This document shows, piece after piece, positions 38,618-52,019 of a stretch of 64,000 bases of DNA (the first letter of the stretch is position 1; the number at the start of each line of letters is the position of its first letter). Position numbers and translations under genes: made by a program. Below the pieces are notes generated by a model. The model searched no databases. It saw only the letters and a list, made by a program, of their open reading frames with translations, and was not told the DNA's origin. The stretch comes from Octopus vulgaris (taxonomy: Eukaryota): assembly GCA_951406725.2 (NCBI GenBank), contig OX597819.1, positions 88,598,001-88,662,000 on the forward strand. The letters run 5' to 3'.

Positions 38618-41600
38618 GTGATTTTCCTCATTTCTTCATTTCTGTATTCTTCTCTTATAATTGTTATTGGTATCATTTCTTTCCATCCTGTCTTAATTTT
38701 TCTGTGTTAAAGATCTTCCATTATATGCAAACGGCATTCTCTTTTTCGTACAACACTCATTGTGGATCCATCACACATGTCAATTCAATGAAGGTCAGCA
38801 CACATTTGCATCCTGTTTTCCACGTGGAGGATGAAAGGACAATGCAGGAGTGTAAACAAAGGAATATCAATACCTAGACTTGTACTAGTAACTGAGAGTT
38901 GCAGTTAGATTTGTAGAAAATGTACATATTCCCAAGCATAATGGTGACACTCATTTACAGCTATTGCGCAATGTCATTCAATTCTAATCTTCCAAGAAAT
39001 CATTCTCGACAATGAAGAAATATTGCCTGGTTTGGAAGTAGGTGAAAGTTGGTGACAGAAAGGGCATCTGGTCCTTGAAAACCTACCTTAAGTTCTATCC
39101 AACCCATGAAAATATGAAAAAGTGGACATTAAAATGATGATAGTTGGGAATGTGCATGTTTATGCATTTTAAGTAATTTTCAAATAAGTGTTTTATTTGC
39201 AATTATGAATTTTCAAAAAAAAAAAAAAAAACTGTGATAGAAACACAGGATTTGGACATGGTAACAAACATATATGCCTATCCACATACATTCTTGTAAT
39301 GTCATCTGATATGGATATGGGTGAGGTTTGCAGAAATGGAGGAAAATAATAATGATAGGATGTTCACACATATTTCAAAGGTCAAAAAATTAAGATCAAT
39401 TTTCAAAACATGTTGATGTATAAATAAAAATAGTAAGAATAGAATGTTTGAGAGCCAAGCTAAATGTTGTACAATATTCTGTTCCACTTCTGTTTCGAGT
39501 TCAAATTACACATGAAAGTCTCTAAAGGAAATACCAGCAATTTTTGTTTGATTCCTTTGACTCTGTTCAAGGAAAAATGTCCATGTATTTTCCACAGTAT
39601 TTTCAGTTAAGTCCAAGATTTGTCAATTTTATTTGATTCTTAAATTTGAATAATACCGAAACTTTTGCACATTCCCAACAAGCTTTTTACTCGTACTCTA
39701 ACCTCTCATCTGACATAAAGCCACCTCCCTCAATACTACTTCCTACTTCTGTTGAAGTGTCTTGTAAATTATTTGGTGACCTCATTGCTGATGGTGCTAT
39801 GTTAAAAAAAAAACAAACACCCACTACACTGTGTAAATTGGGTGGCATTAGGAAAGGCATCCTTTGAAGGTTGTCTCCTTTCCGTAACCTTGGATAGGGG
39901 CCCATACTGGGTACTATCAGCCGGAGCCAGCTGAACTGGGACTTGTGTCAGGCAGGGTCGTCACTCCCTGAAGTAGTGAAGAAAATCACTACCCACTACC
40001 TTCCATACTACTCATCAAATAATATAATAATTAGCAGTACTTGTGGAAATTTCAGTGACAGTGAGAAGTTTATAGACAAACAGGAAATATGTAATTTCTA
40101 TTGAACCTATAATTTGTTTGAAATATTTGATTCTTTAGAAAAGTCCAAATAGGGAGTATTGGACATGCAGTTTTAGAATACATCATCTCTGAAAGTCTTT
40201 GTTATATGCACATACCATATATTTTGCCTGATTTTCTTACATCTAGCCCAGGCCTGTGCAAAACTGATTTTATACGCAATTCCATTGTCTCCCAAGACGA
40301 AAGGATGTCAACAACAAGGAAAGGCATCCAGCCATAGAAACCATGCCAAAACAGACAGTAGAATATGGTGTAGTCTTCTGACAAACCAGTTCCTGTCAAA
40401 CTGTCCAACCCATACCAGCATGGAAAACTAATGTTAAATGCTGATGTATATCTTGTTTCAGTCATTAAACTGCAGCCATACTCATGCACCATCTTGAAGG
40501 GTTTTTGTAAAAAAGAAGAAAAAAAAAGACTTATTTTTAAAGTCTGGTAGTCATTCTATCCATCTCGTTTGTCAAACTGTTAAATTACAGGGATGTAAAC
40601 AAACGAACACTAGTTGTCCGACTGTGGGGGATAAACACATACACACATGTTCATGATGGGCTTCCACACACTCTCCATCTACAAAATTCATTCAAGACAC
40701 TGGTTGGCCCAGGGCTATAATACAAGGCATTTTCACCCACCAGGTACCACATAGTGAGACAGCCCAAAACCTTGTGGTTGCAGAGCGAGCTTCTTGACCA
40801 CACATACATATAACATAATACTAATAGTTTTACTCATTTCTCCAATGAAAGTCTCCACCTGAATTGTTGGATATCTCCTCTTCATGACAAAGTAATTTAT
40901 TCCTCCTTGTGAATATTTCATAGTGATCTGCTTCACACAAACCCTGAGTCACTTAGATTGTACAGAATCACCTTAATATTTTTATTCAAGAAGGCAGCAA
41001 GCTGGCAGGAACGTTAGAACACTGGGTGAAGTGCTTAGCGGTATTTTGTCTTGTTTTTACAATCTGAGTTCAAATTCCACCAAGGTCGACTTTGCCCTTT
41101 CAGCCTTTTAGGGTCGATAAATTAAGTACCAGTTGCATACTGGAGTTGATCTAATTGACTGGCTCCCTCCTCCAAAATTTTGGGCCTTCTGCTAGAGTAA
41201 AGAATATTTCTATTCAAGGCAGCAGGCTGGAAAAATCATTAGCACACCGGGAAAAATTCTTAGCAGCATTTCATCTGTCTTTTACATTCAGAGTTCAAAT
41301 GCTACCAAGGTCAATTTTGTTTTTTATCCTTTCAGAGTTGATATAAAAAGTACCAGATGAGTACTGTGGTCAGTATTATTGACTTACCTCATCCCCTGAA
41401 ATTGCTGGCCCTGTGCCAAAATTTGAAACCAATATTTCTATTCAATAGGCACAAGCATGGCTGTCTAGAAAGAAATTTGTTTCCCATCTACATAGTTTAA
41501 GGTTCATTGTGGCAACTTGTGCAAGTGTCTTCTACTATAGCCCCAGTCCAACAAAAGCCTTGTAAGTGGATTTGGTTGATAGAAACTGGAAAAAGTCCAT

Positions 41601-42617
41601 CATATATTAATGTATACACAGTATAAGAAAATATGTATATGTGTGTATGTTTGTCCTCACCACTGTTTGATAGTTGGTGTTATGTTTTCATCCGTGTAAC
41701 ATAGCTCTTTTGCAAAAGAGACCCTGTGAATAAGTACCAGGCTTAAACAAAAAGTGTTGGGATCAATTTGATTGACTAAATTCTTCAAAGCAGTTCAGCA
41801 CCAGTCCAATGACTGAAACAGAAGATCACTAGTCCAAAACCGAATGCATTACAACATTTAGTTTCACCCACCACCTTCTCTGTTTCTGAGTTCAAATCTT
41901 ACTAAAGGTCCCCTCTGAAAGTCAATGCTCTGAATATGATCAAAATAAGTACTAATGAAATCTCAAGGTCAAGTTCCTCTACTCAACATTTCACTACCAA
42001 GTTGATCTTATGCCCTTTTACCCAGCCATTACAATCAAATCTCGGTTATCGACGCAAGGATCCAAGCTTCAGATTATCTAAATAGATTCTGAAGTACATG
42101 AAATTAATCAATGCAAGACTATGGTAGAAAAAGTTGCATAAGTTGTCTCACATTGAGGTTGAACCAAGTGATTACAAATCACTCTCTTTAGCCACATAGC
42201 CAGGCTAAGGAAACTCATGACATTTTTTCCAACATCATCATTATTTGACAGTTATTTTTCTGGTATGGGTTGGAGGATTCAATGTGAATAGACAAGCCAG
42301 AAAGCTGTGCCGAGTTCTAATGTCTGCTTTGGCATGGTTTCTACAGCTTGATGCCCTTCCTAATGCCAACCTCTTCACAGAATATGCTGGGTGCTTTTTA
42401 CATGGCAGTAGCACTGGTGAGGTCAACAAGTACTCACAAGACAAGACCCCTTAACAGAGTTGGGTATAGAATTGAGAGTTCATCTGGAAAGGGAGAGAGA
42501 GAAATGTAAAGTCAAGGTACAAGGTGAGTATGAGAAACAGAATAGGATTGAGGAGCAGAAATGTTTTGTTTTACAGTGTTGTATATGATTTTTTTATATT
42601 TTTTTTTTTTTATCTAG

Positions 42618-42722
42618 TATGCTCTTCCATACATACGCCCTGCCAAAGGTAATATTATTAATATTGCTAGTATGGTGGCTCAACTTGGCCAGATAGACTC
42701 TATACCTTATACAGCAACAAAA
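42618..42722 (+). CDS. HSD17B14: HSD17B14-like copy 1, exon 6
   Basis: tctag|; YALPYIRPAKGNIINIASMVAQLGQIDSIPYTATK|gtaagt; catalytic Ser and YxxxK. Confidence 0.93.
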
Positions 42723-43064
42723 GTAAGTAGTATCATAAATTTTCTTTTTCATTTTTCTTCAAAAATTAAATACAAATACAACACTGACTTTCTGGATACT
42801 GTTGATCCAGAACCTCTAATAATCCACACCAATTTACAAGCAGGAACTTCAAATTCTCACGGCCACCAGATTAGTTTACAGGATTGTTGCATAGATTAGT
42901 ATACCTTGCAAAGTACACTATCAATGAACTTGTATCATTATACAGGTATCTATATTTCATTTAATTATACTGTGTAACACTATTTTTGCCCTTGGGTAGC
43001 AGCTGTTATTTCCTAGAAAGTGTAAAAAATTACTAACATTTTCTTCCAACTTTGTTTTTACAAT

Positions 43065-43207
43065 TGCAGCGTGGAAGGTGTTTATAAGCCATTTAAGAAA
43101 CACACAAAAGCCGTTCAATTCACTCCAACATTTAAGTTTAATTTGTCAAAATATTTTCGGCGCTAAAATCCGCGACCTGTTCACTGACAAAAATCCGTGC
43201 TGCATCT
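43065..43207 (-). mobile_element. 143-bp non-autonomous element with a hammerhead ribozyme, 15-bp TSD
   Basis: Flanked by CTTTGTTTTTACAAT at 43050-43064 and 43208-43222. Confidence 0.75.
43142..43191 (-). ncRNA. Minimal type I hammerhead ribozyme with G3-C8 core variant
   Basis: Minus strand: UUUGUCA-GUGAACA-GGUCGC-GGAUUUUA-GCGCC-GAAA-AUAU-UU-UGACAAA; 7-bp stem I, palindromic stem III AAUAUU. Confidence 0.65.
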
Positions 43208-44999
43208 CTTTGTTTTTACAATATTTATTCAAACCCCAAAGAAACCCTCTCAACACATTGCCATGATGCTCCCCAACTATTCTTGCTCATAATCAGAGAT
43301 ATACATATCGTCAGCCACTAAGGGACATGCTCAAGTGGTTAAGGTCAAGCAAATCTATAGTATTGAGCAGAATATTTACCTTAACAATATTTCTGCTTCA
43401 GCAACTCCTGAATCTGTCTGAAATGTAATGAAAAATAGGTCAGTTTCAAAACATTGATGTCCAGGATTACTAAATAGAAGCAAATAGGAAATAACACTTA
43501 CTGACCAAAGTCAAAAATTAATATTTTGTTATATAAGTAAATTTAATATTTGAGTGTGTTCACCAAGGTGACTACCCCTGATTCAGAAAAGACTGTAAAC
43601 TGGAAAATTTTTAGAACTTAGGGTTCCTAAAAATGGATGTTGTATCTACATTTATTAAATCATACTACACTTTTGATAAGCTTGTCAATCCTGGTCAAGT
43701 AAACCTATGATAAAAGTCATTCCAGCCATGACCATTTTGTTCTTTTTTTAAGGGTGTCTGACATTACATTGTCATATATATCCTTTTCCTAAAAACAGCA
43801 GGGTAGAATGAGAGATTTAGATGCTCTTTCTAACAGCTTGAGGGATTATATAAAAACTCCCTCATTGGCTCAGCCGTGAATAAATATGTGCAGGGAACCT
43901 ATAGTAGAGGAAGACCTGGGACAAGGTGGTGAAGCATGATCTTTGAACTTTGGGCCTCGTGGAGGTAATGACTAGTGACTGAGACCTTTGACTATGTCAT
44001 GCTTAAGACCCATCAAGCCAAGTGAAACCATTGTCATAGCAGATACTGGTGTCACGCAACTGGTACCCATGCCAGTGGCACATTAAAAGCACCCATTACA
44101 TTCTGAGTAGTTGACATTAGGAAGGATATCCAGCTGTTGAAACCATGCCAAATTGGACTGGAGTCTGGTGCAGCCCCTCAGCTTGCCAGCCTTGGTCAAA
44201 CCATCCAATCCATGCCAGTATGGACAACAGAGGTTAAGTGATGATGATGATGTACCAACTTATTTTTAGCTCATTTTTATACTGAGAATACAACAAGCCT
44301 CCCCTCTCATATTGGTCACTCAACCTACTAGGGATACCAGCCAAATTTTCACTCTTGAAAGGAGGATATTTTGGACAAAATATTTGACACCACAAAGTGG
44401 TAATGGTCCCTCTTTCCATACATAATTAGTGAGTTTTAATTGCTCTTTTTAGCAGGTAATGTAACCCCACTGGATCATTTGATCAACAATGTATTATTCT
44501 ACTGTTGCATTAAAATAAGCAATACAAAATTTATCAACAATTTCAGATAAAATAACTTTACATAACTTCATCTGTTCTCTGTTTTATAAAACACTATGGA
44601 TTTAATGACCTCATACTTCATTCATTGTCAACTGATATATTAGTGTGTATACCTTGGCCTGTGACTGAACTCAGTATATCAATATTTCAAGCAGTTTCCA
44701 TACTCTTACCAACTTTATTATATCTGCAAACTCTCAATCCCATCAACTTTGTAATACACTGAAGATCAAATAAGAAATTAATACCAAATTTTGAATAGAA
44801 ACTTTAAAAGAAAAATTGTGTTAAAGTTAACATTTATTACCTTAATTTATTATACTTTGGTATAAAAAAATTATGAATAACAGGTTTTTCAAGAGGTTCA
44901 TGCATAAGTAACTGATTATCTAAAAACTTTAATTATAATTTTAAAATTCATTGCATGTCTAGTTATCCCTTGTAAGGCATCAGTGCACTGCAGTACAAT

Positions 45000-45700
45000 G
45001 TAAAAATCTTGGAAAGATATTGAAAAATATACAAACAGCTTAAAATATATATTTTTTTAAATGCTGTTGAAATTTAGAAAAAATTTAGAGAATATAGAAA
45101 CAACTGTTTATATTGTTTATATATTTAGGGAAAAAATAAATTCTTTTTTGTATTTGATTTGTGAGATTCTTGATGTTAAAACAGATTTTGTCATATACCA
45201 AGAAGGGCATTATGCCAATAATGCACCAATTCTATTTCACCTCTTTTATTATTTATTAATTGGTTAATCATTTAATCAGTTGCCTAATTTATCGTTTAAT
45301 TATTTGGTCAATCAATCAGTTAGTTTTATCAGTACTTTTATCACAATTGATGGTCATATCTACCCAGGTCTCAGACAAACCTAGCTGATTGAGTGAGTGA
45401 CTGATTGATTGATTGACCGAAAGATTAGTCAAACAATAAATAATTTAATTGGTTAAATGGTCAACTAATTGACTAATAATAATCATAAAAGTGAAATCAA
45501 CCAGTGCATGTGTTTATTATTGGCATAATGAACTCCCAAAATACAACAAAGTAGAAAATGTAGAAACAGCACTGTTAATAATTTTCTTTATTTTTCCCTA
45601 AATTTTGCCTACCATCTTTTATTAATTATATTAATGAATAACTCTGTTTCAAGGATGTTCAAGCATTAGTACACATCTTTCTAAAGATTTGAATAATTTT
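45000..45700. repeat. Old degenerate inverted repeat (foldback/MITE remnant)
   Basis: cattatgccaataa / ttattggcataatg, ggtcaatcaatcag / ctgattgattgattgacc and tttagggaaaaa / tttttccctaaa are arranged symmetrically. Confidence 0.5.
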
Positions 45701-45860
45701 TTAAAATACTGAGGTACATGTAGATACTCTTTACAGAGTACCTGTGCATTGCAGTACAATGTTTGGAAACCACTGTCCTAGATGTTCATAGAAATTGTTT
45801 TGTGAAATGTAAAGCCGTTACCATTATTTAACATGCTTATTATTTATGGTTTGTTGGTAG

Positions 45861-45928
45861 GGTGCTGTTGTAAGCATGTCAAAGAGCATGGCTATCAGTG
45901 AAGCTAAACATGGTGTTCGAGTAAACAC
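45861..45928 (+). CDS. HSD17B14: HSD17B14-like copy 1, exon 7
   Basis: ggtag|; GAVVSMSKSMAISEAKHGVRVN(T); AC|gtgagt (phase 2). Confidence 0.93.
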
Positions 45929-46822
45929 GTGAGTAAAATTCTTTCTAAATATGAAACCCATTTTGCAATTGTCACCTGAGAGAGATCAGTAACCTTGTTT
46001 ATTGTGAGGCACCACTAAAAATTTGGTTTCAAAGTAATAGTGGTGATAATAACAAGCACTCAGAGAGTGCAAATCTCCACCAAGGCAACACCAGTGTCCT
46101 CTCAACGATTAGCCGGAGATGATTTTTAAAATGAGAATATCTGAAATAAACTTGACTACTCTTACAAATGAGAATACTAAAAAATGAACCCGGCCGCTCT
46201 CAAAAATTAAGTAAAAAAAAAAAAAAAACAGCAAGGGGCAGAAGCATTTAAAAAAGAAAAAAATTAAATTCATAGTTGAAAAAAATCAAAAATCTTAATT
46301 TTAATCATAATAATGGATAGGAGTAAACATTTTCCCTTTCCTTAATACTAAAAAGAGCATAATATGAGGGAGATCTGGTTGTTATTTCTAGCAGGTTGAT
46401 CAACCAAACAGAGTACCTCATTGGCTCATTTGTTGAGTATAAGTAAAACAAACATTAGCAAACACACGCATACACACACACAATAGTTCCAGGGCTGGTC
46501 CCAGGAATTTTTCGAAGGAAGGGCAGAAGGGAATACAATTCCAAGAGAAAAGGACATAACATTATTTAGGAGGGTGCACTTCTTGATGGGACCTCAGGCC
46601 CCCACTTGGGTCTGCCCCCGAGTTCATTGATGTTGGCAGTGGGGAAAAGAGAACTGTTTGTAATGGATTGATACTCTCACATGTGTGAGTGTGAAATTGT
46701 TTCTTTTTTGCACATTTTGCAATGGTAATGCTGGTTGTTGTTTGATAGATATCTGAGATGTGGCTTATAATCTTGGAAAAATGCATAATTTTTAATATTT
46801 AAAAAAATTTTTTTTTTTTAAG

Positions 46823-46919
46823 AATTTCTCCTGGAAACATATTGACACCTTTGTGGTGGGAAGTAACAAACAAGACGGAAACACCAGAAAAATTTTACCA
46901 AGATGCATTAACTCAACAG
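46823..46919 (+). CDS. HSD17B14: HSD17B14-like copy 1, exon 8
   Basis: tttaag|A; ISPGNILTPLWWEVTNKTETPEKFYQDALTQQ|gtaaga. Confidence 0.93.
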
Positions 46920-47070
46920 GTAAGAAATATATTTCACATTTATTTTTGATTGCAAGATTAACCACTTACATTCAGTGCCACTGCATGGCACCTTCTACTA
47001 TAGCCTCAGGCTGACCAAAGCCTTGTGAGTGGATTTGGTAGATGGAAACTGAAAGAATTCCATTGTGTGA

Positions 47071-47115
<45 letters not shown>

Positions 47116-48001
47116 CTCACACAATGGACTTCTTATATACATGTGTGTGTGTGTGTGTCCCACCAAACATCGTTTGACAACCAACGCTGATGAGTTTGTC
47201 CCCATAACTTAGTGGTCCGGCAAAAGAGTCCAATAGAATAAGTACTAGGCTTCATCATCATCATCATCGTTTAGCATCCGTTTTCCATGCTAGCATGGGT
47301 TGGACGGTTCTACTGGGGTCTGTGAAGCCAGAAGGCTTCATCAGGCCCAGTCAAATCTGGCAGTGTTTCTACGGCTGGATGCCCTTCCTAACGCCAACCA
47401 CTCCGAGAGTGTAGTGGGTGCTTTTTACGTGCCACCCGCACAGGTGCCAGACATAGCTGGCAAACGGCCACGAACGGATGGTGCTTTTTATGTGCCACCG
47501 GCACGAGGGCCAGGCGAGGCTGGCAATGGACACGAAACGGGGCAGTGCTGGCAACGGTCGCGAAACGGAAGGTTCTCTTACATGCCACCGGCATTGGTAA
47601 CACATCTGCAATTTCCATTGATCGATTTTGATTCTTACAAAGAATATATCCTGAGGTCGATTTGCTCAACTAAAGGTGGTGTTCCAGCATGGCCACAGTC
47701 AAATGACTGAAACAAGTAAAGGAATAAAAGGTGTCTGCAACATTGCAACAGAATCTGTCCCTAGCCATTCCTACCCAACAGCTTAAACTTACAGTCACTA
47801 AACAACCTGCTGGATTAAAACCAAGCAAAACTGGGTTTATCTAACAAAATACCCCTAATAGCAATGTTTCTCAACCAGTTTTTGCCTATGAACCCTTTTG
47901 ACCCCTATTTTGCTTGGATGTACCCTCATAGCCATTTGATTTTTTTATAAATCATATATTGAAAAATTAAGATATTTTGTGTATTGCAGAATTATAAGCA
48001 A

Positions 48002-48388
48002 CTAGCTGTATCGCCCGGCATTGCTCGGGTTTGTTTCGACCCTTTAGAATTGGAATTTGTGAAAAGTAAAAATTTTGCATTATGTAGCTTATTTTCTTTA
48101 AGTGAACATTTTTCTGGTTGAAATACACTGAAAAATGGCGACACAGCAGTAAAAAAATCATAAAAAATAGGGATTTTCATAGAAAAAAAGCACCTTTATG
48201 ATGTAAATAATTTTTGGTCTTAACATGGTCCAATTTGAATTTTATCTTCTACGGACTGAAGAGCAAGCCTTCTTCTATCATACACTCTATTTTGGTCAAC
48301 TTGCACTGCAGGGTCTCGGAGGAGATAGTGTTAGTTGAAGGCTACCAAACCTGCCACACACAGACAACGTCAGCTTTATATATATAGA
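48002..48388 (-). mobile_element. Non-autonomous Helitron
   Basis: Minus strand A|TCTATATATATAAAG ... cccgagcaatgccggg hairpin ... CTAG|T. Confidence 0.8.
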
Positions 48389-49104
48389 TTTATTGTACAT
48401 AATTTTTGATGACAAAATCTTATATGGACCCCGGATGAAAAATACTGCATTTATAACATCAATCAACAAAACACTTCTGGAACAAGTGATGCGCCACAAC
48501 CAGTTGTACAGCATCCCACCCACAAGAATCAATGTAGGATGGATCAAAATAATCATTGTGAGCAATAAAGTTTCTCATATATTTCATTTTCCATCTTTAT
48601 CATTTGTTATTTACTCAACAAACACTGAAAAATTCCTGAGATAGATCCAGTGACAATTGTGTAAATACTGTGGATGACGTCAGGTACCCATAGGCAATGA
48701 ATGTGCTTTATTGGTTAACTACTAGGAACCTGCCCAATACTTAAATAATTACTTATACATACACACACACAGATATATTATGATGATGGTAGTCTCTCAT
48801 GGTCTGAGAAAGACAGTTCTGCAATTTCTTGCTGAACAATACGCATGATTTGTTTATAGTGATCAAATGTTTGTAATGTACATTAGCTTACTCTCTCCAT
48901 CAAATCATCATTGCCTGAACAGGTGCCTGGTGCACCACACATTAGGTGTCAAAGTGGTTGCAGAGTAACATGAGATGAAGTACTTTGCTCAAATACAACT
49001 CACCACACAGTCCAGGAATATCATGTTTGTGTGTGTGTGTGTATAATATATACATATATATATGTTTGAACATGGTCAATCCCATATTCAAATGTTAGGT
49101 CTGC

Positions 49105-49410
49105 CTAACTGGTTCCCATGCCAATGACATGTAAGAAGCACCATCCAAACATGGCCAGTGCCAGTGCCCCCTGACTGGCTCCTGTGCTATTGGTGCATAA
49201 AAAGCACCATCCAAATGTTACTGATGCCAGTGCCCCCTGTCTGGTTCCTGTGCTAGTGACATGTAAAAAGCACCATCCAAACATGGCCGATGCCAATGCC
49301 CCCTGACTGGCTCCCATGCCGGTGGCACATGAAATGCACTATCCAAACGTGATCGATGCCAGGGCCACTTGACTGGCTCCTGTGCCAGTGGCATGTAAAA
49401 AGCACCCACT
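49105..49410 (+). repeat. ~61-68 bp minisatellite inside a SINE/RTE-related repeat
   Basis: 4-5 units of tggctcc..tgcc..tggcatgtaaaaagcaccatccaaac..gatgccagtgccccctgac; related arrays at ~33960-34200 and ~47400-47600. Confidence 0.75.
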
Positions 49411-51702
49411 ACTCTCAGAGAGGTTAGCATTAGGAAGGGCATCCAGCTGTAGAAACCTTGCCAAATCAGATTGGAGCCTGGTGCAGCCACTGGCTTTCCA
49501 GACCTCAGTCAAACCGTCAAACCTATGCCAGCATGGAAAACAGACATTAGACGATCATGATATGACTGTTTCCATCTACCAAATCCACTCACAAGGCTTT
49601 GATCGGTCAGGATCATAAAAGAAGACACTTGTCCAAGGTGTGAAGCAGTGGGACTAACCTTAAAACCATGTTGGGAAGCAAACTTCTTACCATATAATTA
49701 CATTCCACCTCTTTGAAGATTTTATTATGCTCTTATTTTTTACTTTTTCTTTACTGTGCAACATGCTTTGAAGCACACTCATGTTATTTTATTTCCCTAT
49801 TCATTAGAATTTCATTGGTGGGAGTCAATACTTTGATATTTTAAAGTTTAAGAAAATTTAGTTGTCAAAAGGAAGTTGCTATTCCACTATTATTTCTCTA
49901 TAGGAGGTTAAGGTTAATGTGCTATCTGTTAGATATTTTAAAGGGTATTCTTAAAGTTCAGACCATCCATTTTCCCTTCCATGTCCCAAATGATCTGACA
50001 AGAATGTCATTTCCAAATGTCATGTTGCTAAAGAAATCTAAAAGCCATTGAAATTTAATTTCTTAAGAAACACAGATAATTAATGAATGTAATTTCAAAT
50101 AAATGTATTGATGATTAGTACAAAAAAAAGTTACTATACCAGATATCTTTTAATATTAGATATATTGCACACACAACAATATCCTTAATGGTGCACCTGT
50201 TTGTGACATCTTTTCTTAAAATATGCTCCTATATATATATATATATATATATATATTATGAGACACATAATCCATTGTTATCACATACATAAGGAATCAA
50301 ATTTTCGTCTTGCAAACATGATATGCAGTGATATATTATCAGATATGCTCAAACGTGTAACATATACAATTCTATGCATGTTATTATCAGACATGCACAC
50401 AAGTGTTTAGTTATATTGTAGTCTTTCTGTCTTACATACACACACATATCTTACATGTTTTGTCTCACATCTACTTAATATTGTCAGTACAAACACACAT
50501 AAATATAATATTAAATTCAATACTGACTTGGCTAAAAGCTAGAAATTAAGCAGGATTGATTAAGGAAGCTGTCTCTATGCATTAAATTTTAAACTTTGGA
50601 GTTTCTTCCTTTGTCTCTCTTGACAGAAGTTGACATTAATGCTAATTGTTCTTTTCATTAGTAATGTAATTTCAGTTCATTAAAAAAACTGGGGGGCTTT
50701 CTGCAATAAGGTTTGTCTGCACTTAACTATTTGTAAAAGATACCTTGTAGAAGTTTTGAATTTTATATATAACATTTAGTGTTACTTTAAAGTAAGTCCC
50801 TATCAAGTACGAAAGTGAGGGAGAGAAAGAAAACATGCTGAACTATTGAATGATTTAAAGGTATGAGGGTCTTGCTAGACTCAGTGAAGATAAGGTCAAT
50901 AGTTCTCTCAACAGATTGATAGTAAAATGCATCCAGTCCACACAGTAAAGTGGTTGGTATTTGGAAGGGCATCCAGCAGTAAAAAGTATGCCAAAGCTTA
51001 TGTCACCTATGTTTGTGTCACATAAAAAACCACTCTGTCCACTCTGCTGGGAGTTAGTGTTAGGAAGGGCTTTTCAGCTGTAAAAACCATGCCAAAACAG
51101 ACACAGAAGTCTAGTGCAGGCTCTTGCCTGGTTAGCTCTTGTTAAACCATCTAACCCATGCCAGCATAGAAGGCAGATGTTAAACGATGCTGATATATAT
51201 ATATTTTGAGTGTGTGTGTGCACATAGGTTGTATCTACTGCTTACAGTAGATGCATCCTGAGTAAGTTGATATCTATTCATGTGCAGTTTATTTTTCCAA
51301 CTTCAACCCACTTGTCTCTCTCTCTCTCTCTCTCTCTCTTCACTTGAGGTTTAATCTGAATATTACTTTAAATGAGAACTAAATGTTTTTATACACATGA
51401 TTAAGCCTTAATCTATTGGTCTGCCACTTTTAGTGTCAGAAATAAGAAAGGGTCAATTTAAGTTGGAGTCTTTCCAAGAATGTAGTTGATTGCTCGTTAA
51501 ACCTAAACTTGAAATATCTCTCAGACTACTTCATATTAAGTAAATATGCAAGTAAACAAACAGCTACTCTAGCTCTCTTTCTCTCTCTCTCAGAATGGAG
51601 TACAAAAAAGTCAGTATTTTATCCACTTATCAAGCAACAAATGACTATATCTAATGTAGAACAACTTTCATTAATTAAATGCTTATGTTCTTTCTTTTGC
51701 AG

Positions 51703-51852
51703 GTTTTGGGCCATATGGGATCGCCTTCTGATATCGGTACAGCATGTCTTTATCTAGCAGCTGATGCTAAATTTTGCACTGGCATTGACATTAATGTTTC
51801 TGGGGGAATAGATTTATCTTCTGGCTGCAAGGTCGGTGTTACACCATCTTAA
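51703..51852 (+). CDS. HSD17B14: HSD17B14-like copy 1, exon 9 (stop)
   Basis: ttgcag|; VLGHMGSPSDIGTACLYLAADAKFCTGIDINVSGGIDLSSGCKVGVTPS*; FCTGI..V.GG..L..GCK matches HSD17B14 C-terminus as recalled. Confidence 0.93.
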   Translation, partial: VLGHMGSPSDIGTACLYLAADAKFCTGIDINVSGGIDLSSGCKVGVTPS

Positions 51853-52013
51853 GATACTCAAAACAATGGTAAGAAAAGGAAAAAGATAAATTGTGTGAAA
51901 TAAGTTATATTTTTCAACTTTGGGATTTATATTTTCCTACAATAACTTAAATGCTTTTGTATGTGCATTTTTTAAAATATATATTTGCTTGTAATTTAAT
52001 GTGTTTTCAAGTC

Positions 52014-52019
52014 AATAAA
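52014..52019 (+). promoter_or_regulatory. Putative polyadenylation signal AATAAA
   Basis: About 160 nt after the stop codon, followed by a T/GT-rich tract. Confidence 0.6.

Noticed and set aside
49105-49410. CRISPR-like array
   Set aside because: Whole units are degenerate repeats without unique spacers; eukaryotic context, no cas genes.
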